Assembly (NCBI GenBank): GCA_963796275.1
Contig: CAWCKY010000002.1
Location: 384,001-448,000 of the forward strand
Direction of reading: 5' to 3'
From: an uncultured Acidobacteriota bacterium
GTDB lineage: Bacteria; Acidobacteriota; Blastocatellia; RBC074
Length of the DNA stretch: 64,000 nucleotides
Of this stretch, positions 32,714 to 41,869 are shown in pieces. The number at the start of each line of letters is the position of its first letter. Within the stretch, counting starts at the first letter, position 1. The translations under genes were made by a program, and so were the position numbers. The notes below the pieces were generated by a model. The model ran no database searches, was not told the origin of the DNA, and was given only the letters and a program-made list of their open reading frames with translations.

Positions 32714-34003
32714 ATGTCATTCAATATTCGTGCCTCCCTCTGCGCCATTCTGCTTTTTATAGGTGCAATAAACAGCCAAACGCAAAACGCGCCACGTTCC
32801 GAAGTCGCTGGCATTGCGGTCAACTACGATGAGGCTCGAGTAGGTACCTACACGCTACCCGATCCACTGACGCTCAGTAATGGCAAGCCAGTGCGCGACG
32901 CACAAACCTGGTACAAAAAGCGCCGCCCTGAGATCGTGCGATTGTTCGAGGAGAATCAGTTTGGCCGCAGTCCGGGGCGCCCCGCAGGAATGCGCTTCGA
33001 GCTATTCGATAAAGGCACCCCCGCCCTCGACGGCAAGGCCATTCGCAGGCAAGTCACAGTCCATTTTTCGTCCGACAAAAACGGGCCTAAGATGGATATG
33101 CTCCTCTACTTGCCGGCCGATGCGAAAAAACCGGTCCCGCTCCTGCTCAATCTAAGTTTCACCGCGAACTCCAACGCCGTTAACGATCCAGGCGTCAAAC
33201 CGGGGGAAATCTGGAACCGCGAAAAGAAGCGCGTGCCGGCGCCTAAGGACGGAAGGTTCGGCCGCCTGAATGTACTGCCGTTTCTGGCGCAGGGCTTCGG
33301 CGTCGCGACGGTATATTACGGCGATATCGATCCCGATTTTCTCGGCGGCATCCCGCACGGCGTGCGCGCCCTCTATCTCAAGCCCGGGCAGACTGAACCC
33401 GGCCCGAATGAATGGGGCGCGATTGGCGCGTGGGCGTGGGGTTTGAGCCGCGCACTCGATTATTTGGAGACCGATCGGAAGGTGGATGCCAAACGCGTCG
33501 CCATCGTGGGCGTGTCCCGACTCGGCAAAACCGTGCTCTGGGCGGGCGCGCACGATCCGCGTTTTGCGATGGTGATTGCCAGTTGTTCCGGCGAAGGCGG
33601 CGCCGCCGTCAGCCGTCGCAATTATGGCGAGACGATCAACCATCTGACGGAGCCGACTCGATATCCGTATCAGTTCTGTGCCAATTATGGAAAGTACGGC
33701 GCCCGCGTCCATGAATTTCCGATAGATGCGCATATGCTGTTGTCATTGATTGCACCGCGGCCCGTGTTGCTGCAAACAGGCGATACCGATGTCTGGTCTG
33801 ATCCGAAAGGCGAATTTCTGGCGGCAGTCGAGGCAGCGCCTGTTTTCAAATTACTCGGCAAACAGGCGCTCGACACCGAGCAAATGCCGGCCGCTGGGCA
33901 GCCGATTCTTCACACGCTCGGCTACATCATGCACGCGGGCGGACACGGCACAATTCCCGCCGATTGGGAACTGTTTCTGAAATTCATGCAGATGCACTTG
34001 TAG
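32714..34003 (+). CDS. CE15 glucuronoyl-esterase-like protein
   Basis: NYDE...YTLPDPL, WAWGLSRALDYL, GVSRLGK catalytic motif, SGEGG, WSDPKGEF, GGH; GAGGAG RBS. Confidence 0.85.
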   Translation: MSFNIRASLCAILLFIGAINSQTQNAPRSEVAGIAVNYDEARVGTYTLPDPLTLSNGKPVRDAQTWYKKRRPEIVRLFEENQFGRSPGRPAGMRFELFDKGTPALDGKAIRRQVTVHFSSDKNGPKMDMLLYLPADAKKPVPLLLNLSFTANSNAVNDPGVKPGEIWNREKKRVPAPKDGRFGRLNVLPFLAQGFGVATVYYGDIDPDFLGGIPHGVRALYLKPGQTEPGPNEWGAIGAWAWGLSRALDYLETDRKVDAKRVAIVGVSRLGKTVLWAGAHDPRFAMVIASCSGEGGAAVSRRNYGETINHLTEPTRYPYQFCANYGKYGARVHEFPIDAHMLLSLIAPRPVLLQTGDTDVWSDPKGEFLAAVEAAPVFKLLGKQALDTEQMPAAGQPILHTLGYIMHAGGHGTIPADWELFLKFMQMHL

Positions 34004-34058
34004 TAAATATCGATCGTTGGAGTTCGCGATCAATACTTGTCTCAGATACAATTATGGC

Positions 34059-35249
34059 ATGAAACGCACGGGAATCGCAGACCTTCCTCTCCATGGCGGG
34101 CGAGTTCCGCAATGGCTGGCCGAACGAATGACCAGACTTGGCACAGCTATCACGGAAACTATCGTTCGGGACTACGGCACCTCTGCTTTCCTCTCGCGTC
34201 TGAGCGATCCCTTCTGGTTCCAGGCGCTCGGATCTGTGATGGGGATGGACTGGCACTCCTCAGGAATAACCACGTCAGTTATGGGCGCCCTCAAGCGCGG
34301 CCTCGCTTCGCGGGGTGATGAACTCGGCATCTATATCTGCGGCGGCCGCGGAAGATTCTCTCGCCACACGCCGCATGAATTGCGGTCGATCGCCGAGCGT
34401 CGCGGCTTCGATGGCGAGGCGTTGGTCCGCGCCAGCCGGCTCACCGCGCGCGTCGACAACAATGCAATCGCCGACGGGTTTCAGATTTACCTCCACAGTT
34501 TCATCGTCACGTCAAACGGTGAGTGGGCGGTGGTTCAGCAGGGTTTGAATGATGGCAGCGGAATGGCACGCCGTTATCACTGGCACTCGGCTTCTGTCCG
34601 AGATTTCGTCGCCGAACCGCACACTGCAATAGTCGGAGAGAATCAGGGGATAATCATCAACCTCGTAGATGCTCAGGCCAAGCCCATACAGACCGCGATG
34701 CTCGACATCGCTCGCGAGAATCCGGCGACGACTCTGGGCGATGCACGCCATCTCGGCATGCCGCGCCATCACGATGTCCGTCGTGAAAATATCGACCTGA
34801 AACGACTCGGTGCGGTGCTCGCTATCGCATATGAGCGTGATCTCCACGACTTCGCCGAGCTCCTGCTCTTGGAGAAACTGGGTCCGCGCACTCTCCAGTC
34901 GCTCGCCTTGATCGCCGAGGTCGTACACGGCGCGCCAAGCCGCTTCACCGATCCGGCGCGTTTTTCATTTGCACACGGCGGCAAGGATCGCCATCCATTC
35001 CCTGTCCCGCTGAAGACCTACGATGAATCCCTCAATTTCCTCAGAACCTCGCTCGAGGCAGCGAGGATCGGCGATGGAGAGAAACTCGACGGCTTTCGTC
35101 GCCTCGAACGCTTCGCCCGCACGGTCGAAACCGAGCTCGAACCGAAAGCCGATTTCGATGCTGCCATCGCATACGAAAACGCGATCTCTCCCTCGTTCGA
35201 CGGCCGTTCAGTTTTCGACGTCAAACCGAGGCAGGGATCACTTTTCTGA
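34059..35249 (+). CDS. DUF763-family protein
   Basis: ADLPLHGG, RLSDPFWFQ, GMDWHSSGITT, ARRYHW, FSFAHGGKD. Confidence 0.88.
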   Translation: MKRTGIADLPLHGGRVPQWLAERMTRLGTAITETIVRDYGTSAFLSRLSDPFWFQALGSVMGMDWHSSGITTSVMGALKRGLASRGDELGIYICGGRGRFSRHTPHELRSIAERRGFDGEALVRASRLTARVDNNAIADGFQIYLHSFIVTSNGEWAVVQQGLNDGSGMARRYHWHSASVRDFVAEPHTAIVGENQGIIINLVDAQAKPIQTAMLDIARENPATTLGDARHLGMPRHHDVRRENIDLKRLGAVLAIAYERDLHDFAELLLLEKLGPRTLQSLALIAEVVHGAPSRFTDPARFSFAHGGKDRHPFPVPLKTYDESLNFLRTSLEAARIGDGEKLDGFRRLERFARTVETELEPKADFDAAIAYENAISPSFDGRSVFDVKPRQGSLF

Positions 35250-35298
35250 GTTCAAGTAACAATACATACAGAATGAACCGATCACCTTGGAGGAAGCC

Positions 35299-36906
35299 AT
35301 GAAAGAGACATTGAATACAACTCTCGCGCCGGCTGGTGTCGAGATCAAGGGCCCGGTCACCGGGCAGTATGCGGAGGTATTGACGGAACAGGCTCTGGCA
35401 TTTCTCGCGCAACTTGCCCGGAAATTCGAGAACCGCAGACGTGATTTGCTTGAACGAAGAGCCGTACGCCAACGCGAGATATCCGCTGGTCAGCTTCCCG
35501 GTTTCCTCTCTGCCACGCGTGAGATCAGAGAGGCCGAATGGACCGTTGCGCCGATACCGGCCGACCTGCAAGACCGACGGGTTGAGATCACCGGGCCAGT
35601 CGACCGGAAGATGATCATCAACGCCCTCAATTCGGGGGCTAACGTTTTCATGGCCGACCTCGAGGACTCCCATACGCCCACCTGGGATAACAGCCTTCAG
35701 GGCCAGATCAATCTGAGAGACGCGGTTAATCGCACCATTACATTCATTAGCCCGGAGGGGAAGAACTATCAGCTGGCAGACAAGGTGGCTACGTTGATGG
35801 TGAGGCCCAGGGGCTGGCACATGGTGGAGCGGCGCCTGTTCGTCGATGGCAATCCGATCTCGGGCTCGCTTTTTGATTTCGGTCTGTTCTTCTTTCACAA
35901 CGCGAAGAGACTGGTGGAACGGGGCTCTGGCCCGTATTTCTATCTGCCCAAGCTGGAAAGCCATTTCGAAGCGAGGCTTTGGAACGACGTCTTCAATTTT
36001 GCGCAGGATGAGCTTGGGCTTGCGAGGGGGACGATCCGCGCCACGGTCCTCATTGAAACTATCCTCGCCGCATTCGAGATGGATGAGATACTGTATGAGC
36101 TGCGAGAACACTCGGCGGGGCTGAACTGCGGCCGGTGGGATTACATTTTCAGCTTCATCAAAAAGTTTCGCGACCAGCCGGAGTTCCTCTTACCCGACCG
36201 TTCACGGGTCACGATGGATCGTGATTTTCTAGCAGCCTACGTTCAGCTTTTGATCAAGACCTGTCACCGGCGCGGGATTCATGCCATGGGTGGGATGGCC
36301 GCGCAAATTCCGATTAAGAACGACGCGGCTGCCAACGCGCGCGCTCTCGACAAGGTCAGACAGGACAAATTGCGAGAAGTCGATGCCGGCCACGATGGGA
36401 CATGGGTGGCGCATCCGGGCCTGGTCGCGGTGGCGAAAGAGATATTCGACGAACGGATGAAGGAGTCTAACCAAATACGAACGCTCCGGAAAAATGTGGA
36501 AATATCAGCCAAAGACCTGTTGAGGGCCACCCAAGATGAGATTACGGAGGAGGGACTGCGCCTCAATATTGATGTCGGCATTCAATACCTGGAATCCTGG
36601 CTGCGTGGGATCGGCTGTGTTCCTATCTACAATTTGATGGAAGATGCAGCTACCGCCGAAATCTGCCGCGCCCAGGTCTGGCAGTGGATCAAGCACGGGG
36701 CCCGGATAAACGACGGGCGCACTATTACGCAGGTACTGGTCAGAAAGGCCATTGCCGAGGAGTTGGAGAAGCTTAAAGCGCTTCAAGCCGCGGCCGGAAA
36801 TGAATCGCACAAGTTCGATCTGGCGGCCGAGCTTTTCGAACAGATCACTACGGGGACTGAGTTTCCCGAATTTATGACTCTCATCTCTTACGAACATATC
36901 GCTTGA
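35299..36906 (+). CDS. aceB: Malate synthase A
   Basis: DRRVEITGP, MVRPRGWH, GLNCGRWDYIFS, AMGGMAAQIP, HDGTWVAHP, LMEDAATAEI. Confidence 0.96.
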   Translation: MKETLNTTLAPAGVEIKGPVTGQYAEVLTEQALAFLAQLARKFENRRRDLLERRAVRQREISAGQLPGFLSATREIREAEWTVAPIPADLQDRRVEITGPVDRKMIINALNSGANVFMADLEDSHTPTWDNSLQGQINLRDAVNRTITFISPEGKNYQLADKVATLMVRPRGWHMVERRLFVDGNPISGSLFDFGLFFFHNAKRLVERGSGPYFYLPKLESHFEARLWNDVFNFAQDELGLARGTIRATVLIETILAAFEMDEILYELREHSAGLNCGRWDYIFSFIKKFRDQPEFLLPDRSRVTMDRDFLAAYVQLLIKTCHRRGIHAMGGMAAQIPIKNDAAANARALDKVRQDKLREVDAGHDGTWVAHPGLVAVAKEIFDERMKESNQIRTLRKNVEISAKDLLRATQDEITEEGLRLNIDVGIQYLESWLRGIGCVPIYNLMEDAATAEICRAQVWQWIKHGARINDGRTITQVLVRKAIAEELEKLKALQAAAGNESHKFDLAAELFEQITTGTEFPEFMTLISYEHIA

Positions 36907-36985
36907 GAAATGACCAGCACGATACGGGTCTCTTAATAATGCTGTTTGCGCTTCGTCTACTGAAGCCGAGAAGCGATTACTCCCA

Positions 36986-37009
36986 CCGAGTTTTTATCCG
37001 AAAACTCGG
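36986..37009 (+). terminator. Hairpin downstream of aceB
   Basis: CCGAGTTTT-tatccg-AAAACTCGG; no strong U-tract. Confidence 0.4.
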
Positions 37010-37361
37010 CTGATAAAATTTTGTGTAGATAGAAAGTCCATAAGAACAAAAATATAATCTAAATATATAGGATCGGCTCCGGCGATATGTTGCTTTTCGC
37101 TCATCTCATGGCTAATATAAAATTTATAGTCAAAACGAAGCTCGGTAGCCTGTTGATTTAAGCACCACCCCTGGCTCGATCCGATGCCGCTTCAAGATTG
37201 AATTATTGGGCGAAGGACTGTTCAATGCCCATAATTTCATTACTTGGCTATTCTCAGTCAGTCGATACTGGCAATCGGATTCTAAGATTCTCTAAACCAA
37301 GCCGGATACAATCGCGGTTTGCTTGTATCCAATTTCCCCAACAATACATAGGAGGTTATTG

Positions 37362-40214
37362 ATGAGACCATGTGTGAGATTCCTTCCCATAGTACTGGTT
37401 GCGCTAGCTTTAGTGACCAGTAGTTCAAATACCATCTTACGCAAAGCCATCGCACAGCAAAACGAGGCACAGTTGAGTGCTGCAGGACAACAACAGATCA
37501 ATGCCCTGCTCAGGGAAAAATCTTCGCGTAACACCGCGCAGAAAAAGCTGAACTCGCAACTAATCTATGCGGCGAAAGCGCAGCGCGGCGAACCGATGAC
37601 CGCCGGCGGTGAAGTCAGTACGATGCGTTCAGCCACGGACGCGGCTAGACTCGATGACAGGGGCCGTGTACTCGTCGATATTAAAGCTGTTGTCAGTAGG
37701 CAGTTACTGGCGAACATCGAGAAGCTCGGAGGAGAGATCAAATATGTCTCGGAAAGGGCCGGGTCGATTAATGCTCTCCTGCCGCTCGATACATTGGAAG
37801 AACTGGCGGGTGCTCCGGCTATCAAGTCAATTAGCCCGGCCGCAAGGGCTGTTACTAACCGTCAGGTTACCGGCTCTGGCTTAAAAGGGACGGCATCACC
37901 GCTTCGAATAAACACCTTTCGCCCCAATTTCGACCAACGTGCGATGAATGTTCGCGCGCAGCTTCCCGCAGCTCTCGCAAAAGTCGGGCGAACAGCGAAT
38001 ATACAGGGCCCGGTGACCAATACCGGGAGCATAAATTCACAGGGCGATGTGGCCCACAACGCTGTGATGGCGCGCAATTTCTTCGGCGTTGACGGAACCG
38101 GGGTCAAGATCGGCGTTCTCTCAGATAGCGTCGATTTCCTGGCGCAATCGATCGCCACCGGCAACTTGCCTCCGGACGTGACGGTTCTGCCTGGCCAGAG
38201 CGGCATTCCAGGCATCGGCGAGGGTACGGCTATGCTCGAGATCATCCACGACCTGGCGCCCGGCGCCAAGCTCTTCTTCGCAACCGCCTTCATCAGCCTC
38301 GGAAGCTTCGCCGATAACATCCGCGCCCTACGCGCTGCGGGCTGCGACATAATCGTCGATGATATCATTTACTTCGTCGAATCGCCGTTTCATGACGACA
38401 TAGTTTCAACAGCGGTAGAGGAGGTTGTCGCAGATGGCGCACTCTATTTCTCCTCTGCCGGCAATGAAGGAAACAGGAACGACGGGACGTCCGGAACCTG
38501 GGAAGGCGACTTCAAAGACTCCGGAGCATCGCTCCCTTCCCTCCCCGGTGGCACGCTCCACGACTTCGGCAAGGGGGCCATCTCTAATTTCGTTACAGTC
38601 GGCTCTCCGAATGTTCTGACGCTGCACTGGTCTGATCCTCTCGGCGGATCGGACAATGACTACGACCTATTCATTATGGACAGAACGCTGACCACGGTGG
38701 TGGCGGCCTCAACTACCGTACAAGACGGCGATGATGACCCCCTCGAAATAACGCCAGGCGCGCCTGCGGGTACGCGCGTCATCATTTTCAAGGCGGAGGG
38801 AGCACAGCAACGTGCCATACATCTGAACAATTTTCGCGGCGAGTTGGGGGTCACGACAACCGGCACGATCCGCGGCCACGCTGCTGCCGCCGGCGCCTAC
38901 GGTTTGGCGGCGATTGACGTGGCGCTCGCTGGTAGCGGCACGTTTCCCGGCGGCCCGACCAATTTCGTCGAAGACTTCAGCGCCGACGGCCCGCGTCGAA
39001 TATTTTATAAATCCGATGGTACACCTTTTACGCCGGGCAACCTGTTGTTCGGCAGCAATGGCGGAGAGGTGCGCAAGAAACCTGATCTGACCGCAGCCGA
39101 TGGCGTCGCGACCAGCGTGCCCACTTTTCCCTCATTCTTTGGCACTTCGGCTGCCGCACCGCACGCAGCAGCAATTGCCGCATTGCTCAAATCCGCCAGA
39201 CCGGGGATATCGCAAAACAGGATTCGACAGGCGCTCACCAAAACAGCTATCGATATTGAAGCGCCCGGCTTTGATCGCGACTCCGGAGCCGGTATCGTAG
39301 ACGCGTTCGCCGCGTTGCTATTTATCAATGCGAGGCCATCGCCATCTCTGAACGTCGGAACGGTAGCAGTGACGGCAGTCGGCGGAGACGGTGACAACTT
39401 TATCGAACCGGGCGAGGGAGGCACGATTTCTGTCACGCTGACCAATCTCGGTGGTGCGACGGCGCTCGGCATCAGCTCGACGATCACGACATCAGTTCCA
39501 GGTGTCACCATCACGTCCGCATCTTCCACCTATCCGAACATAGGATCCAATGGCCAGAGTGCGACCAACCCCATTCCGTTCACTTTCACTCTCGCCGACA
39601 ACGCGCCATGTGCTCTGTTGATCGACTTTACTATAACGGTTAACTACGCCAACAGCCCCAACGGACCGTTAACATCAACCTTCCAAGTTCAGACGGGAGA
39701 ACCAACCGATACGGTCGTCAGTTATACGGGACCGCCAGTAGTGATTCCCAGTGCTACCGTCGGCACTATCAGTATCCCGATTGAAGTCAGCGGCCTTTCG
39801 AGCGCCATCGGTGACCTCAATTTCAGCTTTGATGGAACTGGTTGTACGAGTGACATCGGCGCGACAACGGTGGGTCTAGACCACACCTGGGTCGGCGACC
39901 TTGTTATCACACTGACCTCGCCGCAGGGTACCGTCGTCACGCTGATGAGTAATCCAGGTAGCGCTAATAACAGTGGGAACAACTTTTGCAACACTGTGCT
40001 CGACGACAGCGCTACTGCGTTGATTCAAAGCATTTCGCCCACCGGCGCGCCCTACACTGGCACATTCAAGCCGGCCAGCCCGCTCGCGGCATTCACAGGA
40101 GAGAATGGGAACGGCGTGTGGACTTTGAGTATCTCCGACGTATTTCCTGCCGATGGCGGCAACTTGCGTGCGTTCTCGTTATCAATTAGAACTTTTACGT
40201 GTAGCGGTCCCTAA
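37362..40214 (+). CDS. Secreted subtilase (S8/S53-like) with C-terminal proprotein-convertase P-domain
   Basis: GVKIGVLSDS, GEGTAMLEIIHD, SAGN, FFGTSAAAPH; P-domain HTWVGDL...LTSPQGT...NGVWTL. Confidence 0.85.
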   Translation: MRPCVRFLPIVLVALALVTSSSNTILRKAIAQQNEAQLSAAGQQQINALLREKSSRNTAQKKLNSQLIYAAKAQRGEPMTAGGEVSTMRSATDAARLDDRGRVLVDIKAVVSRQLLANIEKLGGEIKYVSERAGSINALLPLDTLEELAGAPAIKSISPAARAVTNRQVTGSGLKGTASPLRINTFRPNFDQRAMNVRAQLPAALAKVGRTANIQGPVTNTGSINSQGDVAHNAVMARNFFGVDGTGVKIGVLSDSVDFLAQSIATGNLPPDVTVLPGQSGIPGIGEGTAMLEIIHDLAPGAKLFFATAFISLGSFADNIRALRAAGCDIIVDDIIYFVESPFHDDIVSTAVEEVVADGALYFSSAGNEGNRNDGTSGTWEGDFKDSGASLPSLPGGTLHDFGKGAISNFVTVGSPNVLTLHWSDPLGGSDNDYDLFIMDRTLTTVVAASTTVQDGDDDPLEITPGAPAGTRVIIFKAEGAQQRAIHLNNFRGELGVTTTGTIRGHAAAAGAYGLAAIDVALAGSGTFPGGPTNFVEDFSADGPRRIFYKSDGTPFTPGNLLFGSNGGEVRKKPDLTAADGVATSVPTFPSFFGTSAAAPHAAAIAALLKSARPGISQNRIRQALTKTAIDIEAPGFDRDSGAGIVDAFAALLFINARPSPSLNVGTVAVTAVGGDGDNFIEPGEGGTISVTLTNLGGATALGISSTITTSVPGVTITSASSTYPNIGSNGQSATNPIPFTFTLADNAPCALLIDFTITVNYANSPNGPLTSTFQVQTGEPTDTVVSYTGPPVVIPSATVGTISIPIEVSGLSSAIGDLNFSFDGTGCTSDIGATTVGLDHTWVGDLVITLTSPQGTVVTLMSNPGSANNSGNNFCNTVLDDSATALIQSISPTGAPYTGTFKPASPLAAFTGENGNGVWTLSISDVFPADGGNLRAFSLSIRTFTCSGP

Positions 40215-40221
40215 AATAAAA

Positions 40222-40317
40222 CCTCACGCAAAGCCGTAAAGGCACAAGGCTAAAAAGAGAAAGAAGCACGTTTATCTCATTGCTTCTTTCTCTGCGCCTT
40301 TGCGGCGTTGCGTGAGG
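40222..40317. repeat. CACGCAAAG...CTTTGCG...TTGCGTG hairpin element between convergent genes
   Basis: CCTCACGCAA/TTGCGTGAGG ends, with inner AGAGAAAGAAGCA/TGCTTCTTTCTCT pairing. Confidence 0.7.
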
Positions 40318-40384
40318 CATTCTCAAAACATTTTTACCGACTTTTCACCGAAACGCCTGTGCGCATACCCAATCCACGCCCGGT

Positions 40385-41818
40385 TCAGGCCAGCAACTCA
40401 TTCAACACGTGCCCGTGCACATCCGTCAGCCGGCGGTTCGTTCCGTTGTGATAGTAGGTCAACCTCTCGTGATCCAAGCCCAATAGATGCAAAACCGTCG
40501 CATAAAAATCATATACTGTTGTTAAATTTTCGACTGCGCGCCGCCCGAATTCATCGGTCGCGCCATAACTGACGCCCCCTTTGATCCCCGCTCCCATCAT
40601 CCATACAGTGAATCCATCCGGGTTGTGATCGCGCCCCGTCGTCCCTTCCTGATGCGTCGGCATACGACCAAATTCCGTCGTCCATAGCACGAGCGTATCT
40701 TTGAGCATGCCGCGCTGTTTCAAATCGGTCAGCAACGCGGCTGTGGGTTGGTCGAAGATCGGGCAGTGGCGCTCGTAATCGGTCTTGAGGGTGCGATGGG
40801 CATCCCAGTTCAACAATCCATCAATGCCGCTCGCCCGAGATGCGCAATAAAGACTGACATAACGCACGCCGCGTTCCAGCAGACGCCGCGCGAACAGACA
40901 ATTGCGTGCGTACGCAGCCTTCAGCGCGTTGCTATCGGCAGTGCCATAGAGTTTGTGCACATGCGTCGGCTCACTAGCGAGATCAGCCGTTTCGGGGGCT
41001 GCAAGTTGCATCTTCGCGGCAAGCTCATATGCTGACATTCGCGCACGCAATTCGCTTTCACCCGGATGGCGCACGGCGTGCCCATCATTCAGCCGCCGCA
41101 AAAAATCGCGCGTCGCCAGCTCTTCCGCTTCGGTAATCTGCGCCGGGCGATTCAGATTGCGGAGCGGCTGATGCGCCGCCAGCATCACGGCCTGATGTTG
41201 GGCCGGCAAAAAACCGCTCGTCCAATTCGCCTTGCCGTTAGGCGGTTCGCCTCGCACATCAGTGACCGCAACGAAAGTCGGCAAATTGTCGTTGAGGCTG
41301 CCGAGCGCGTAACTCGCCCAAGCGCCAGCGGCGGGAAAGCCTTCGCGCACAAACCCCGTGTTCATAAAGACGCTGGCCGGCCCATGTGTATTGGAGCGCG
41401 AGGTCATCGAGTGAATAAAAGCAATCTCGTCGGCGTGGCGCGCCACCTGGGGCAGCAGCGTCGAAATCGGCTTACCGCTCCGGCCCGCGGGCTCAAAAGG
41501 CCAAGGCGATTTCATCAGATTGCCGTTCTTCCCTTGAAAAGTGACCTCCCGCTCGGCGCCGGGCAACGGCGTGCCGTCGTATTTCGCGAGCGCCGGTTTG
41601 TAATCCCACAAATCCACGTGTGAAGCAGCGCCGGGACAGAATATTTGTAAGACCTGTTTCGCCTTGTGCGCGTGATGCTGAATATTTTGGGCGGCGACCA
41701 ACTCTTCGCCCAGCAAATCGATCAACGCTACGCCAGCCAAACCGGTCGCGGTATCGCGGAGAAAATGGCGGCGCGTCAGAGCAAGCGGAGAAAGAGCATC
41801 CATATGTTTCTGTTCCAT
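40385..41818 (-). CDS. DUF1501-family (sulfatase-like, Tat) protein
   Basis: TRRHFL, SHVDLWDYKP, ARRLLERGVR, WDAH, EFGRMP, GRDH, RLTDVHG. Confidence 0.9.
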   Translation of the reverse strand: MEQKHMDALSPLALTRRHFLRDTATGLAGVALIDLLGEELVAAQNIQHHAHKAKQVLQIFCPGAASHVDLWDYKPALAKYDGTPLPGAEREVTFQGKNGNLMKSPWPFEPAGRSGKPISTLLPQVARHADEIAFIHSMTSRSNTHGPASVFMNTGFVREGFPAAGAWASYALGSLNDNLPTFVAVTDVRGEPPNGKANWTSGFLPAQHQAVMLAAHQPLRNLNRPAQITEAEELATRDFLRRLNDGHAVRHPGESELRARMSAYELAAKMQLAAPETADLASEPTHVHKLYGTADSNALKAAYARNCLFARRLLERGVRYVSLYCASRASGIDGLLNWDAHRTLKTDYERHCPIFDQPTAALLTDLKQRGMLKDTLVLWTTEFGRMPTHQEGTTGRDHNPDGFTVWMMGAGIKGGVSYGATDEFGRRAVENLTTVYDFYATVLHLLGLDHERLTYYHNGTNRRLTDVHGHVLNELLA

Positions 41819-41869
41819 ATTTCTCTATTACGAAATCAGCTCATTCATCAAATGGTTCAATGATTGGTT

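Noticed and set aside
35299-36906. aceB without an adjacent aceA
   Set aside because: Separation of glyoxylate-shunt genes is common; aceA may lie elsewhere in the genome.
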